The notes under the pieces are model-generated. The model saw only the letters and a list, made by a program, of their open reading frames with translations. It ran no database searches and was not told where the DNA came from. A DNA stretch of 64,000 nt from Bradymonadales bacterium (GTDB lineage: Bacteria; Bdellovibrionota; UBA2394): contig REDG01000045.1 of the NCBI GenBank assembly GCA_007693605.1, positions 2,043-66,042 on the forward strand, given 5' to 3'. This document shows positions 30,256 through 42,079 of the stretch, piece after piece (position 1 is the stretch's first letter; each line of letters starts with the position of its first letter). The translations under genes were made by a program, and so were the position numbers.

Positions 30256-31704
30256 ATGCTACCCGAAAAACAGAAGCAAGACATGAAAGCCGATATTCCC
30301 CCAGAGATGAGAGAGGCCTGGGAGAAAGCGCTACAAGGCATTGAGAAAGAGGTAAAACCTCAGTATTTTCAATCTTTTATACTCACTATTCAGCTCTTAG
30401 GCCACAAAGAGAACCTGTTAATTCTGGGCTTTCCCGATCAATTTTACGCGAACTGGGTGCATGACCACTATGCGGGCTTGATTCAAGAGAAGTTTGATGA
30501 GGCTTCTGATCATCAGTTTGGGCTCGAATTTTCGAAGGGGAAGGGGCGATCTGGCTCGCGGCCACCTCGGCAGAGCTCTCCTCCTCTCACGGCCGAGAGC
30601 CTGAAGAAGTCCTTGGCGAGTTCTCAGAGCCCAAAGACTTCGAGAAAATCAAACTCACTTTCTGATGGAAGTTTAATCAATCCGAAATATGGTTTCGAAA
30701 CTTTTGTCGTGGGCGCAAGTAATCAATTTGCGCACGCCGCTTCTTTCACGGTGGCTGAAGACCCGGGTAAACATTACAATCCGCTTTTCATCTACGGCGA
30801 GGTCGGCTTGGGGAAAACACATCTTCTCAACGCGATTTCTCTGAAGATCAAAGAGAAGTTTCCTTCTAAGCGAGTGCACTATACGAGTTTCGAGAAATTC
30901 ACGAACCATATGATTGAAAGCATTCGATTTGAAAAGATGGAAGAGTTTCGAGAAAGATATCGAAAGAGTTGTGATGTTTTGATCATTGATGACATTCAAT
31001 TCATCTCTGGAAAGGAAAGAACACAGGAAGAGTTCTTTCACACCTTCAATGCGTTGTATGAACATCAGAAGCAGATTGTCTTATCCTCTGACCGCGCTCC
31101 AAAGGATATTCAAAGCTTAGAAGATCGACTCAGAAGTCGTTTCGAGATGGGTTTGATCGTCGATATTCAACCTCCTGAAATGGAGACTCGTGTTGCAATT
31201 GTCTACAAGAAAGCAGAGGCCGACGGAATTCAACTACCCGAAGATGTTGCATTTTTGTTGGCAAAGACTTTTCGGGCGAACATACGAGAGCTTGAAGGCG
31301 CACTTTTGAAGTTGGGGGCCTTTGCGTCCTTGACGGGTGGTGAGGTTAATATGGAACTCGCCAAGAAAGTTCTGAAACCGGAGTCGCAAGGGGCCAATCA
31401 AATTTTTAAAGATCCTGAAGAAATCATGAAACTCGTGGCGCGCCAGTTTCGAATGAGTCTGAACGATCTTCGGTCAGACAAGAAGACTCGAGAACTTTCC
31501 ACTCCTAGACAGCTCGCGATGTTTTTGTGTCGAAAATACAGCAATCTTTCTCTACCAGACATTGGGACTTTGTTTGGGGGCAAGAATCATACGACCGTCC
31601 TTCACGCCATCCGCCGCGTCGGTCGAATGCAAGCCAGTGACCCCATACTTCGAGAGAGTGTTTCGAAGCTAGAGACAGAAATCAAAGAGTTAAACACACT
31701 CTAA
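30256..31704 (+). CDS. dnaA: Replication initiator DnaA
   Basis: YNPLFIYGEVGLGKTHL, IDDIQF, QEEFFHTFN, NIRELEGAL, GGKNHTTV; start could be 30223, 30256 or 30283. Confidence 0.97.
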   Translation: MLPEKQKQDMKADIPPEMREAWEKALQGIEKEVKPQYFQSFILTIQLLGHKENLLILGFPDQFYANWVHDHYAGLIQEKFDEASDHQFGLEFSKGKGRSGSRPPRQSSPPLTAESLKKSLASSQSPKTSRKSNSLSDGSLINPKYGFETFVVGASNQFAHAASFTVAEDPGKHYNPLFIYGEVGLGKTHLLNAISLKIKEKFPSKRVHYTSFEKFTNHMIESIRFEKMEEFRERYRKSCDVLIIDDIQFISGKERTQEEFFHTFNALYEHQKQIVLSSDRAPKDIQSLEDRLRSRFEMGLIVDIQPPEMETRVAIVYKKAEADGIQLPEDVAFLLAKTFRANIRELEGALLKLGAFASLTGGEVNMELAKKVLKPESQGANQIFKDPEEIMKLVARQFRMSLNDLRSDKKTRELSTPRQLAMFLCRKYSNLSLPDIGTLFGGKNHTTVLHAIRRVGRMQASDPILRESVSKLETEIKELNTL

Positions 31705-31709
31705 CCTTC

Positions 31710-31742
31710 AGAGATGTCGTCTTTTCAAACATCTCTTCTTTA
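31710..31742. terminator. Possible terminator between dnaA and the convergent RES gene
   Basis: AGAGATGT-11 nt-ACATCTCT stem followed by a T-rich run. Confidence 0.35.
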
Positions 31743-31745
31743 TTC

Positions 31746-32414
31746 TTAGGCAACTTCACTCCAAGCAACTTTGTGTCTTGGGTTTGACTCGCCTTCAAAA
31801 AATATGAGCGAGCTTTGCTGTTTATGAAGATAGACAAATTTCAATGTCTGAGTTTGCTCAATGTCAGTCCCGAGCTTTTGAATATCGTAAACGGCAACAT
31901 TTAGCTCGTGGTTGGGGCCACGACATGAAGGATACAGTATACTTGGCACACCCTTGTTCTCCTCTGCAATCTGTTGTGAAACCTCATAAGATTTTTTTGA
32001 GGCAATCAAATCGATCTTTGGGTGAGAGTTCAAATTGAGGCCATCAGATGGATCGAACTCTACACTAAAAGCGGTTCTGGGTTCTGAAACCTGTGAGGGA
32101 GCAGGGAGATGAATTCGGAATTCCATGAAATGATAGGCCAGTTCATAGACAGCAGTTGTCAGATACTCTGATCCATAAAAAGCAAGAAGATCCGAGCCAG
32201 GCGGAGTGAAGCGCCGCGAGAAATCTAAGGGAACAGGTGTCGGATAAGAAAATGGCTTCTTTATCAAAAGGTGATGACTCGTTTGCTTTAAGGCGGGGCG
32301 CAAGGAGTCCAGTTCAGTCTCTATAAATTCATATTCATCTTGTGTATCCGTCACGAGCCGAATAGCGGACGCGGCCTGATGTTCAACAATTCGATAAATA
32401 TTCAATTTAAACAC
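31746..32414 (-). CDS. RES domain toxin (NAD+ phosphorylase-like)
   Basis: IYRIVEHQ (R), RRF..FYGS..AVYE (E), ILYPSCR (S); GTG start overlaps the antitoxin stop. Confidence 0.85.
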   Translation of the reverse strand: MFKLNIYRIVEHQAASAIRLVTDTQDEYEFIETELDSLRPALKQTSHHLLIKKPFSYPTPVPLDFSRRFTPPGSDLLAFYGSEYLTTAVYELAYHFMEFRIHLPAPSQVSEPRTAFSVEFDPSDGLNLNSHPKIDLIASKKSYEVSQQIAEENKGVPSILYPSCRGPNHELNVAVYDIQKLGTDIEQTQTLKFVYLHKQQSSLIFFEGESNPRHKVAWSEVA

Positions 32415-32823
32415 CCACCCCGCGCCGAAAGTTAAGATAGGTGTTGAGAACAAACAAATTGTTCAGGCTCTTGGAAGCATAGTCAAAGGGTGACTGCCCC
32501 TCAAAATGAAGATTTTTGGTAAACATCCACTGTCGGCGATCGTCTCTGCTAGAAAAGACGGCCGCCAAGCTTCGAAATATCGCTATGAATGTATAAACCA
32601 CCTCAATCCTCTGGGGGAGCCTGTCATTTGACTTGTTTTCTTGGTGGATGGACCCTTTCTTCTTCCAGCCTTCAATTGTTGGCAGCTTGATTCCAAGAAG
32701 CCTAGACACCTCTGAAGGCTTCATATCAAGCTCGATTCTGGAGCGATCAAAGGCCTTCCACAGCACGCCACCCGCCTCAGGTGTCCCGTATTCAATCCGC
32801 TCTTCTTTGATTGAATTCCTCAT
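32407..32823 (-). CDS. Xre/MbcA/ParS-type antitoxin
   Basis: HTH (PSEVSRLLGIKLPTIEGWKK) plus toxin-binding tail WMFTKNLHFEGQSP. Confidence 0.85.
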   Translation of the reverse strand: MRNSIKEERIEYGTPEAGGVLWKAFDRSRIELDMKPSEVSRLLGIKLPTIEGWKKKGSIHQENKSNDRLPQRIEVVYTFIAIFRSLAAVFSSRDDRRQWMFTKNLHFEGQSPFDYASKSLNNLFVLNTYLNFRRGVGV

Positions 32824-33029
32824 ATCTTGACTATACTTCAGCAATGAAATATTGGCTATACTCTGTATAAATACTATATATATCTCCCGTAATATCAAAT
32901 ATTTATGTAGATTTCATTATTGAATCTGTAGAAAACAAGGCTTGTGCGTAACGATCAGGTCTGGCGAGTCAGCGCAAAAGGCCCGAAAGCCTTATGAGCG
33001 ATTGCGTCAAATCCCCCTCTGGATGATCA

Positions 33030-33535
33030 AAATTTATGCACAATTTATGCACAGGCTGAAGATTTATGCACAGGGTCGAGCCTTTTATCCACAGTTTATG
33101 CACAGGTTTATGCACAGGCCTGTTGATTTTAAACAATTGATATTACTTATCTTTTAATGTTTATGCACAGCCTCCACAAAAATATGTCAACTCAGCGTGT
33201 CAGTTCTGTGCATGAAATGAAGTTATGCACAGGCAATTCACAGGAATTTATCCACAGCTGTGCATAAATTTATTTTATGCACAATTCCTGTGCATAAAAC
33301 CTGTGCATAAGCTGTGAATTGCTGTGGATAGAATGCCTGTCCTGTGCACAAATCTAGAAACAGGGCAAAATCTGTGATCAATTGAACACAGGCTGTTGAA
33401 GAATATTCTTAATAAATTCAAATATTTGATTGGGTTATCCACAAATTCACAGGCCCTACTACTACTAGAAAAAAATTTTTTTTAAGAAAAAAGCCATCAA
33501 CAATCGATGACGCTGTGCATAAATATCCACAGGAT
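33030..33535. other. Chromosomal replication origin oriC
   Basis: 15 perfect TTATNCACA boxes starting at 33034, 33045, 33064, 33085, 33096, 33108, 33161, 33223, 33248, 33259, 33275, 33289, 33302, 33435, 33514; DnaA-trios; AT tract; between dnaA and dnaN. Confidence 0.93.
33435..33492. promoter_or_regulatory. Basal unwinding system: tandem DnaA boxes, GC spacer, DnaA-trios, AT-rich DUE
   Basis: TTATCCACA-AATTCACA-GGCC-CTACTACTACTA followed by A and T runs. Confidence 0.85.
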
Positions 33536-33753
33536 TTGTAGAAAGATTCAAGGCTAGGCTTCAGCTTTTGAAGAACTGCAAAAAGCTCTTATAGGCTCTG
33601 CCCTCAAAAAACCTCCACTTCTAGAAAGAGTGCCGACAATCCCTTTTAAAAAAGTAGCCCTTTTTTCGAAGGCTCGGTAAGCAATGTTGCAGGAAGTTTG
33701 AAGAGATTGCCGTCAAACTCCTTTCACAAAGGAGATGAGGCGTGTGTGTTATC

Positions 33754-33829
<76 letters not shown>

Positions 33830-33973
33830 AAGTGCCCAATCTCTGGCAGCGCTCCCTCGAGTGTAAATTTGTGGTTCAGGCCCTATTTAGGCGAGATTAA
33901 GGGCTTTTTTCGCGGTTTAAAAGCTGTTTACAAAGATTAGGAAGCTGCCTAAACCTGGGGTGGGTTAAAAATA

Positions 33974-35134
33974 ATGGCTGGCCAAGAAAAACCAGGTTTT
34001 CAGGTAGATCGTGAGAGTCTTTTAAAGACTCTTCAACGCGTGCAATCGGTCGTAGACCGAAAGAACACGATTCCCATTTTGAGTCATATTTTAGTCGAAG
34101 CCGTCGGGAATGAAGTGATTTTCTCTGCGACCGATCTGGAAGTTGGAGTTCGTGTAAAAATTCCGGCCCGAGTCTTGCAGTCAGGAAAAGTCGCACTACC
34201 TGCCAAGAGCCTTTACGAAATTGTTCGAGAGCTGACTTCTGAAAGTCAGGTGAAGGTTCAGATTTTTGAGAATTTTTGGGTGGAGATTCTTTCAGGCAAG
34301 AGCGTTTTTAAACTTGTAGGTCAAGATTCAGATGAGTTTCCTCAACTCCCTCAAATCGATCAATCAAAGTCTGTGAAGCTAACCTCTGGTCAGTTTGCAG
34401 AAATGATTGATCATACCATCTTTGCTGTTTCGAGCGATCAGACTCGTTACGATCTGAGTGGTGTGTTTTTAGAGCAGCTGAAGGCAAAGTCAAAGTCTTA
34501 TCTCAGAATGGTCGCCACAGACGGTCATCGACTATCCATGATGGATCAAGAGATCGAAGGCATGACCGATGGAATTCTTCAGTCCGGAGTTATTCTACCT
34601 CGAAAAGGTTTGACGGAACTGAGACGAATTCTGGCGGAAGAGGATTTTTTCTTTTTGAGTCTTCAGGAAAATAACGCCGTATTTTGGAGTCCGACCCAGC
34701 AGTTTCAGTTGTTTATGAGACTTTTAGATGGGGAGTTTCCGGATTATACGCCCGTCATTCCACAGAATAATGATAAGCGGGTAGTCGTTCGTCGGGAGCA
34801 GTTGCTGAATTCTTTGAAGAGAATCAGTGTGCTTTCAATGGAGCACTCTCGGTCAGTGAAGTTTCAGTTTCATGATGGGAAATTGCAGTTGTTTTCTAGC
34901 AATCCCAAGTTGGGTGAAGCCAAAGAGGATGTTGACATTGATTATCAGGGCGAAGCCGTCGAGATTGGGTTCAATGCGGGCTATTTCATCGACATTTTGA
35001 ATGCCTTGGACGATCAAGAAAATATTGTCATGGAGCTTACTGACACTCTCTCGCCAAGTGTGGTGAAGGGAATTAAGTTTGATGGCTCGCTAAACATTGT
35101 GATGCCCATGCAGTTGGGTAGTGATCAGGTTTAA
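33974..35134 (+). CDS. dnaN: DNA polymerase III beta clamp
   Basis: TIPILSHIL, ATDLE, VATDGHRLS, RLLDGEFPDY, IGFNAGY, VMPM. Confidence 0.96.
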   Translation: MAGQEKPGFQVDRESLLKTLQRVQSVVDRKNTIPILSHILVEAVGNEVIFSATDLEVGVRVKIPARVLQSGKVALPAKSLYEIVRELTSESQVKVQIFENFWVEILSGKSVFKLVGQDSDEFPQLPQIDQSKSVKLTSGQFAEMIDHTIFAVSSDQTRYDLSGVFLEQLKAKSKSYLRMVATDGHRLSMMDQEIEGMTDGILQSGVILPRKGLTELRRILAEEDFFFLSLQENNAVFWSPTQQFQLFMRLLDGEFPDYTPVIPQNNDKRVVVRREQLLNSLKRISVLSMEHSRSVKFQFHDGKLQLFSSNPKLGEAKEDVDIDYQGEAVEIGFNAGYFIDILNALDDQENIVMELTDTLSPSVVKGIKFDGSLNIVMPMQLGSDQV

Positions 35135-35194
35135 AAGTCCAACGACTTTTTTGAAGTTATCTTGAAGATGATTGAATTCTAAGAGGGCCGTCCC

Positions 35195-36331
35195 ATTCTT
35201 GTTACATCTTTAAAACTCTTTCAACTTCGCCGCTTTGAATTTTTTGAGGCAAAAGAATTTCATCCACAACTCAATGTCATTGTTGGTAAAAATGCACAGG
35301 GCAAGACTTCTATTTTAGAGGCTCTCTCGTTGATTTCACAGCTTCGGAGCTTTCGGTCACACCGATTAGATGAATTGGTCAAAAGGGGACAATCTCAGAT
35401 GGCGGTAACGGCCGTCTTGTCTAAACCGACTCATACTCGGGTTTTGATCGGCGTAGAGAATGGCCGAAGAGTGATTCGGGTGGATGATAAGAAACTACAA
35501 TCCCCTGCGAAGTATCCGCTAAGGGGGATGAGCGTTTCATTTGTGCCAGATGATCTTTACCTTTTGAAGGGGGGACCAGAGGCGAGAAGAGATTTTTTTG
35601 ATCAACTAGCCATGAGCCTAGATCCGACCGCTGAGGCGGCCTTCAAGCAGTTTCATAAGTGTTTGAAACAGAGAAACTTTTTACTGAAGCGGATCAAAGA
35701 GGGCCAACGATCAGACAGAGAGCTTGAACTTTGGACTTTGCAATACATTGAATCGTCGATGAGAATCTACGACATTCGCCGAAAGACGATTTCTCAGATG
35801 GCCGAGATTCTTCGACTTGTTTATCAGAGTTTGTTTCAGCTTTCAGAGAGTGTCGATCTTTCCTATCAACACGGCTTTGAGAGGGAGGATTTTCAAAAAG
35901 AGGAGCTTGAGCTCCGAATTGCTCGTCGGATAGAGGCCGAGAAGGCCACTGGCTATAGCTTGGTCGGGCCGCATCGTGACGATATTGAGTTTTTACTCTC
36001 TGAGTTTAGCGTGAGAACTTATGCGTCTCAGGGGCAGACGAGAAGCTTAGTGATTGCCCTTAAAATCGCTCAGTTAGAGCTTATTCGTGGCACTAGAAAT
36101 ATCCACCCCCTGCTTCTTTTGGATGATATTATTTCAGAGCTGGATGAACAGAGAGTTCAAGCCTTGATTGGATATTTGGCAAATTATGAAGGTCAACTCT
36201 TTGTGACGACGGCTGAAGCCCATAAATTGAGAAGGCTTCATGAGCAGTTTTCGAGCTTCAAATTGATCGAACTTTCGGGAAGTGAAAAGCCTGAGAATTC
36301 GGGTCTAGAGACCCATTTAAACAGGATTTGA
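35195..36331 (+). CDS. recF: DNA replication/repair protein RecF (probable ATT start)
   Basis: Walker A GKNAQGKT lies in frame upstream of the listed TTG; GPHRDD, ASQGQ, LLLDDIISELD. Confidence 0.93.
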   Translation: MLVTSLKLFQLRRFEFFEAKEFHPQLNVIVGKNAQGKTSILEALSLISQLRSFRSHRLDELVKRGQSQMAVTAVLSKPTHTRVLIGVENGRRVIRVDDKKLQSPAKYPLRGMSVSFVPDDLYLLKGGPEARRDFFDQLAMSLDPTAEAAFKQFHKCLKQRNFLLKRIKEGQRSDRELELWTLQYIESSMRIYDIRRKTISQMAEILRLVYQSLFQLSESVDLSYQHGFEREDFQKEELELRIARRIEAEKATGYSLVGPHRDDIEFLLSEFSVRTYASQGQTRSLVIALKIAQLELIRGTRNIHPLLLLDDIISELDEQRVQALIGYLANYEGQLFVTTAEAHKLRRLHEQFSSFKLIELSGSEKPENSGLETHLNRI

Positions 36332-36335
36332 CAAC

Positions 36336-36364
36336 TTGCACTTCACCCCCCTCCGGGCTAGTCT
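36336..36364 (+). promoter_or_regulatory. Putative sigma70 promoter of gyrB
   Basis: TTGCAC-17 nt-TAGTCT, 13 nt before the ATG. Confidence 0.45.
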
Positions 36365-36368
36365 CTGA

Positions 36369-38759
<2,391 letters not shown>

Positions 38760-38775
38760 AAGGTAAGGGCGAGCA

Positions 38776-41223
38776 ATGTCAGATTTAGAAAAGACTGGAG
38801 TTTTACCGATCACGATTGAGCAAGAGATGAGAAACTCTTATCTCGACTATGCAATGAGCGTCATTATCGGTCGTGCGATTCCGGACATTCGAGATGGATT
38901 GAAGCCTGTTCATCGAAGAATTCTCTATGCGATGTATCGAGAGGGGCTTCTGCCCTCAAAAAGGTTTTCAAAGTCAGCCGGGGTTGTTGGTGAGGTTCTT
39001 AAAAAGTATCACCCTCATGGAGATTCGGCCGTTTATGATTCGATGGTTCGGCTCGCTCAAGACTGGAGCTTGCGCTACCCCCTGGTAGAAGGGCAGGGTA
39101 ATTTTGGTTCGATCGATGGGGACAGTGCGGCGGCTTATCGGTACACCGAAGCGAGATTGGCGAAGATATCAGAAGAGTTTTTGTCAGAGATTGATCAAGA
39201 CACCGTGGATTTTCAACCAAACTTCGACGGATCCACTCAAGAACCCATCATTTTACCGACCAGTATTCCTAATCTTTTGGTGAACGGCACCACAGGAATT
39301 GCGGTTGGAATGGCCACCTCGATGCCGCCCCATAATTTAGGCGAAGTTTTAGATGCCGTGATCGCCTTGATTGATCGCCCCCAGATGAATCTGGATGAGT
39401 TGATGAAAATCATTCCGGGGCCAGACTTTCCGACCGGTGCGACCATTTGCGGGACTGAAGGAATTCGAAGAGCTTATGAAACGGGTAGAGGCTCTGTCAC
39501 GATGAGGGCGGTGGCCTCTGTCGAAGATGTCGGATCAAAAGAGCAGATTGTTGTGACTGAGATTCCTTATCAGGTGAATAAGGCGACTTTAGTTGAGCAG
39601 ATTGCCGACTTGGTAAGGAATAAAAAGATTGAAGGAATTTCGGACCTTCGGGACGAGAGTAACCGCGAGGGAATTCGAATCGTTGTTGAGCTTAAAAGAG
39701 ATGCCCCCGCAGAGATTCTCTTAAATCAACTTTATCAACAGACTTCTCTTCAGACAAATTTTGGAGTGATCAATCTTGCAATTCACAACAAACAGCCGAA
39801 AATTTTCTGCTTAAAAGATGCGCTTCAAAACTATGTCGATCATCGGAAAGATGTCGTAGTTCGACGATCCGTTTTTGAGCTGAGAAAAGCTCAAATGAGA
39901 GCCCATATTCTGGAGGGTTATGAAAAGGCTCTTGATCATATCGATCAAGTGATCAAAGTGATTCGGGCTTCTCAAGCGACAGAAGATGCAAGGGTCGCAC
40001 TGATTAAAGAGTTTGAGTTTAGCATTGATCAGGCGAACGCAATTTTAGATATGAGGCTTCAGAGACTGACAGGCTTGGAGCGGCAAAAGATTAAAGATGA
40101 GTATAATGCCTTGCAAACTCGAATTGGAGAGATCAAAGAACTCTTGGGATCTGCTTCAAAGCTGATGGCTTTGATTCGTCAAGAGACCGAGGCCGTTCGA
40201 GACAAATACGCGGATGATCGAAGAACAAAGATTCTTCCGGCTGTTGGAAAATTTGTGGTTGAAGACCTCATTTCTGAGGAAGAGATGGTCGTTTCGGTTT
40301 CAAAATCTGGTTACATCAAGAGATGTGCAACCAGCGTCTACCGCGCGCAAAAGCGAGGGGGGCATGGCAAGATCGGAATGAGCACCAAAGAGGATGACTT
40401 TGTAGAGTATCTCTTTGTGGCTTCGACCCATGCTTATCTCTTAGTGTTTACAGATAAGGGAAGACTGTACTGGTTGAAGGTGCATGAAGTTCCAGTTGCC
40501 AGTCGTACCGCCAAGGGTCGACCGCTGGTAAATTTGATTAAAATGCGAACGGATGAGAAGTTGTGTGCGATTCTACCCGTTCGTGATTTCGAAGAAGGAA
40601 AATCCGTCTTTATGGCAACAGAGATGGGAATTGTGAAGAAGACTGATCTGAAGCTCTTCTCTCACCCTCGTTCTGCCGGAATTATCGCGATCCAGTTTTC
40701 AGAAGGGGATCGTTTGGTATCTGCTCGGCTCACCAGTGGTGAGTCAGAGGTCTTGCTTTGTACAGCAGGCGGGATGAGCATTCGTTTTAATGAGAAGGAT
40801 GTGCGCTCGATGGGGCGCTCTGCTCGGGGAGTCAAGGGAATCGAGCTCAGAGATCAAGATCGAGTGGTCAGCTTGGACCTTGTAGATTCAAATTCCAAAC
40901 TTTTGAGCGTGAGTCGCTTTGGTTATGGAAAGCGATCGCCATCTGAGGAGTATCGACTTCAATCAAGGGGCGGCATTGGGATCATCACCATAAAGACATC
41001 CGAACGAAATGGCCCCGTGGTTTCAGCGCTTCAGGTTTTAGATTCTGACGAAATCATGATTATGACCAGCCGAGGAAAGTTGATACGGATGCAGGTTTCT
41101 GAGATTTCTGTGATCGGAAGAAACACGCAAGGCATTCGTTTGGTTGCTTTGGATGAGGGCGAGCATGTTTCCTCAGTGGCTCGAATCGTTCACGAAGATG
41201 AGGCCAATGAGGCTAAGCAATAA
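38776..41223 (+). CDS. gyrA: DNA gyrase subunit A
   Basis: [18 protein letters not shown], GyrA box QKRGGHG. Confidence 0.97.
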   Translation: MSDLEKTGVLPITIEQEMRNSYLDYAMSVIIGRAIPDIRDGLKPVHRRILYAMYREGLLPSKRFSKSAGVVGEVLKKYHPHGDSAVYDSMVRLAQDWSLRYPLVEGQGNFGSIDGDSAAAYRYTEARLAKISEEFLSEIDQDTVDFQPNFDGSTQEPIILPTSIPNLLVNGTTGIAVGMATSMPPHNLGEVLDAVIALIDRPQMNLDELMKIIPGPDFPTGATICGTEGIRRAYETGRGSVTMRAVASVEDVGSKEQIVVTEIPYQVNKATLVEQIADLVRNKKIEGISDLRDESNREGIRIVVELKRDAPAEILLNQLYQQTSLQTNFGVINLAIHNKQPKIFCLKDALQNYVDHRKDVVVRRSVFELRKAQMRAHILEGYEKALDHIDQVIKVIRASQATEDARVALIKEFEFSIDQANAILDMRLQRLTGLERQKIKDEYNALQTRIGEIKELLGSASKLMALIRQETEAVRDKYADDRRTKILPAVGKFVVEDLISEEEMVVSVSKSGYIKRCATSVYRAQKRGGHGKIGMSTKEDDFVEYLFVASTHAYLLVFTDKGRLYWLKVHEVPVASRTAKGRPLVNLIKMRTDEKLCAILPVRDFEEGKSVFMATEMGIVKKTDLKLFSHPRSAGIIAIQFSEGDRLVSARLTSGESEVLLCTAGGMSIRFNEKDVRSMGRSARGVKGIELRDQDRVVSLDLVDSNSKLLSVSRFGYGKRSPSEEYRLQSRGGIGIITIKTSERNGPVVSALQVLDSDEIMIMTSRGKLIRMQVSEISVIGRNTQGIRLVALDEGEHVSSVARIVHEDEANEAKQ

Positions 41224-42079
41224 CACCTCGTATCTAGGGAATTCATTCCGTCAGAATTGGGGTCGTGGTGGATTTTGGTTCTCTTTTGCTCGATCTATTC
41301 TCTTTCTAAGTCTTGGCGCTCTTTTAGCTTGTAGCTCTGAGAATGAGAGATTGGTCCGAAAGGCAGAGCGAGAAGCTCTACAACAGAGAAGCCAACTCTC
41401 AAAGTATTTGTATCTGCAGGTTTTGGAGAATCACCGAGCGAAGGACGACATTCGCTATCGAGCGCTTAAGGGTCTAGCCGAGGTGTCCATCTCGCAGCTA
41501 TTTGATTACCCCACGGCAGTAAGGGCCTTCGACACATTGTTTGAAGAGTTCGGCCAAGTGAATCGCTATCAAAACGAGATTTGGGATCTGAGAATCAAGG
41601 CGGCTAGAATTTGGAGGTTGAATCTCCAGAGGCCTGAGAGGTCTTTGGATGTTCTCAGTCCTTTGATGAAGTCGGCTCGATTTAGCTATGAGTTTGGAAT
41701 GGAGCTGGGTCGAACTTATCTGAATCTGGGTGATTTTGATCAGGCGAGGCATTGGTTCGTTCAGTCTTGGGAGCAAGCGAAGCGCTCTCAGAACTGCAAT
41801 GTCCTGAAGAGAATTCAACTGGACCTGATTCAGGTTTATTCGCTGAGAGATCGTTGTGACGAAGCACTTCAGTGGAGTCATGAGGAGTTTCCCTCCAACT
41901 GTGAACCCGATCGTTTTGCGGTCTCTTTGGAGCAGGCCCACTGTTATGAAATTCAAGGAGAGGTGGCGAGGGCAAAAGAAATCTATCAGACTGTTTTGAG
42001 CGACAATCCACAAAACACCCGCGCCCATTTCTTTTTAGAAAGTTTGCGGTATCGGATGAGAGAAAAGCAGAGAGAATGA
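41207..42079 (+). CDS. TPR-repeat lipoprotein
   Basis: Lipobox LLAC, helical TPR-like repeats; start uncertain. Confidence 0.7.
   Translation: MRLSNNTSYLGNSFRQNWGRGGFWFSFARSILFLSLGALLACSSENERLVRKAEREALQQRSQLSKYLYLQVLENHRAKDDIRYRALKGLAEVSISQLFDYPTAVRAFDTLFEEFGQVNRYQNEIWDLRIKAARIWRLNLQRPERSLDVLSPLMKSARFSYEFGMELGRTYLNLGDFDQARHWFVQSWEQAKRSQNCNVLKRIQLDLIQVYSLRDRCDEALQWSHEEFPSNCEPDRFAVSLEQAHCYEIQGEVARAKEIYQTVLSDNPQNTRAHFFLESLRYRMREKQRE

Noticed and set aside
32942-33157. 71-aa ORF with repeated YAQ/FMHR
   Set aside because: Translation artefact of the DnaA box array
33030-33350. Repeated TTATGCACAG units as a CRISPR array or iterons
   Set aside because: Units are 9-10 bp, irregularly spaced, on both strands and match the DnaA box; no cas or rep genes
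35195-36331. recF as a 5'-truncated pseudogene
   Set aside because: The missing N-terminus including Walker A is present in frame with no stops
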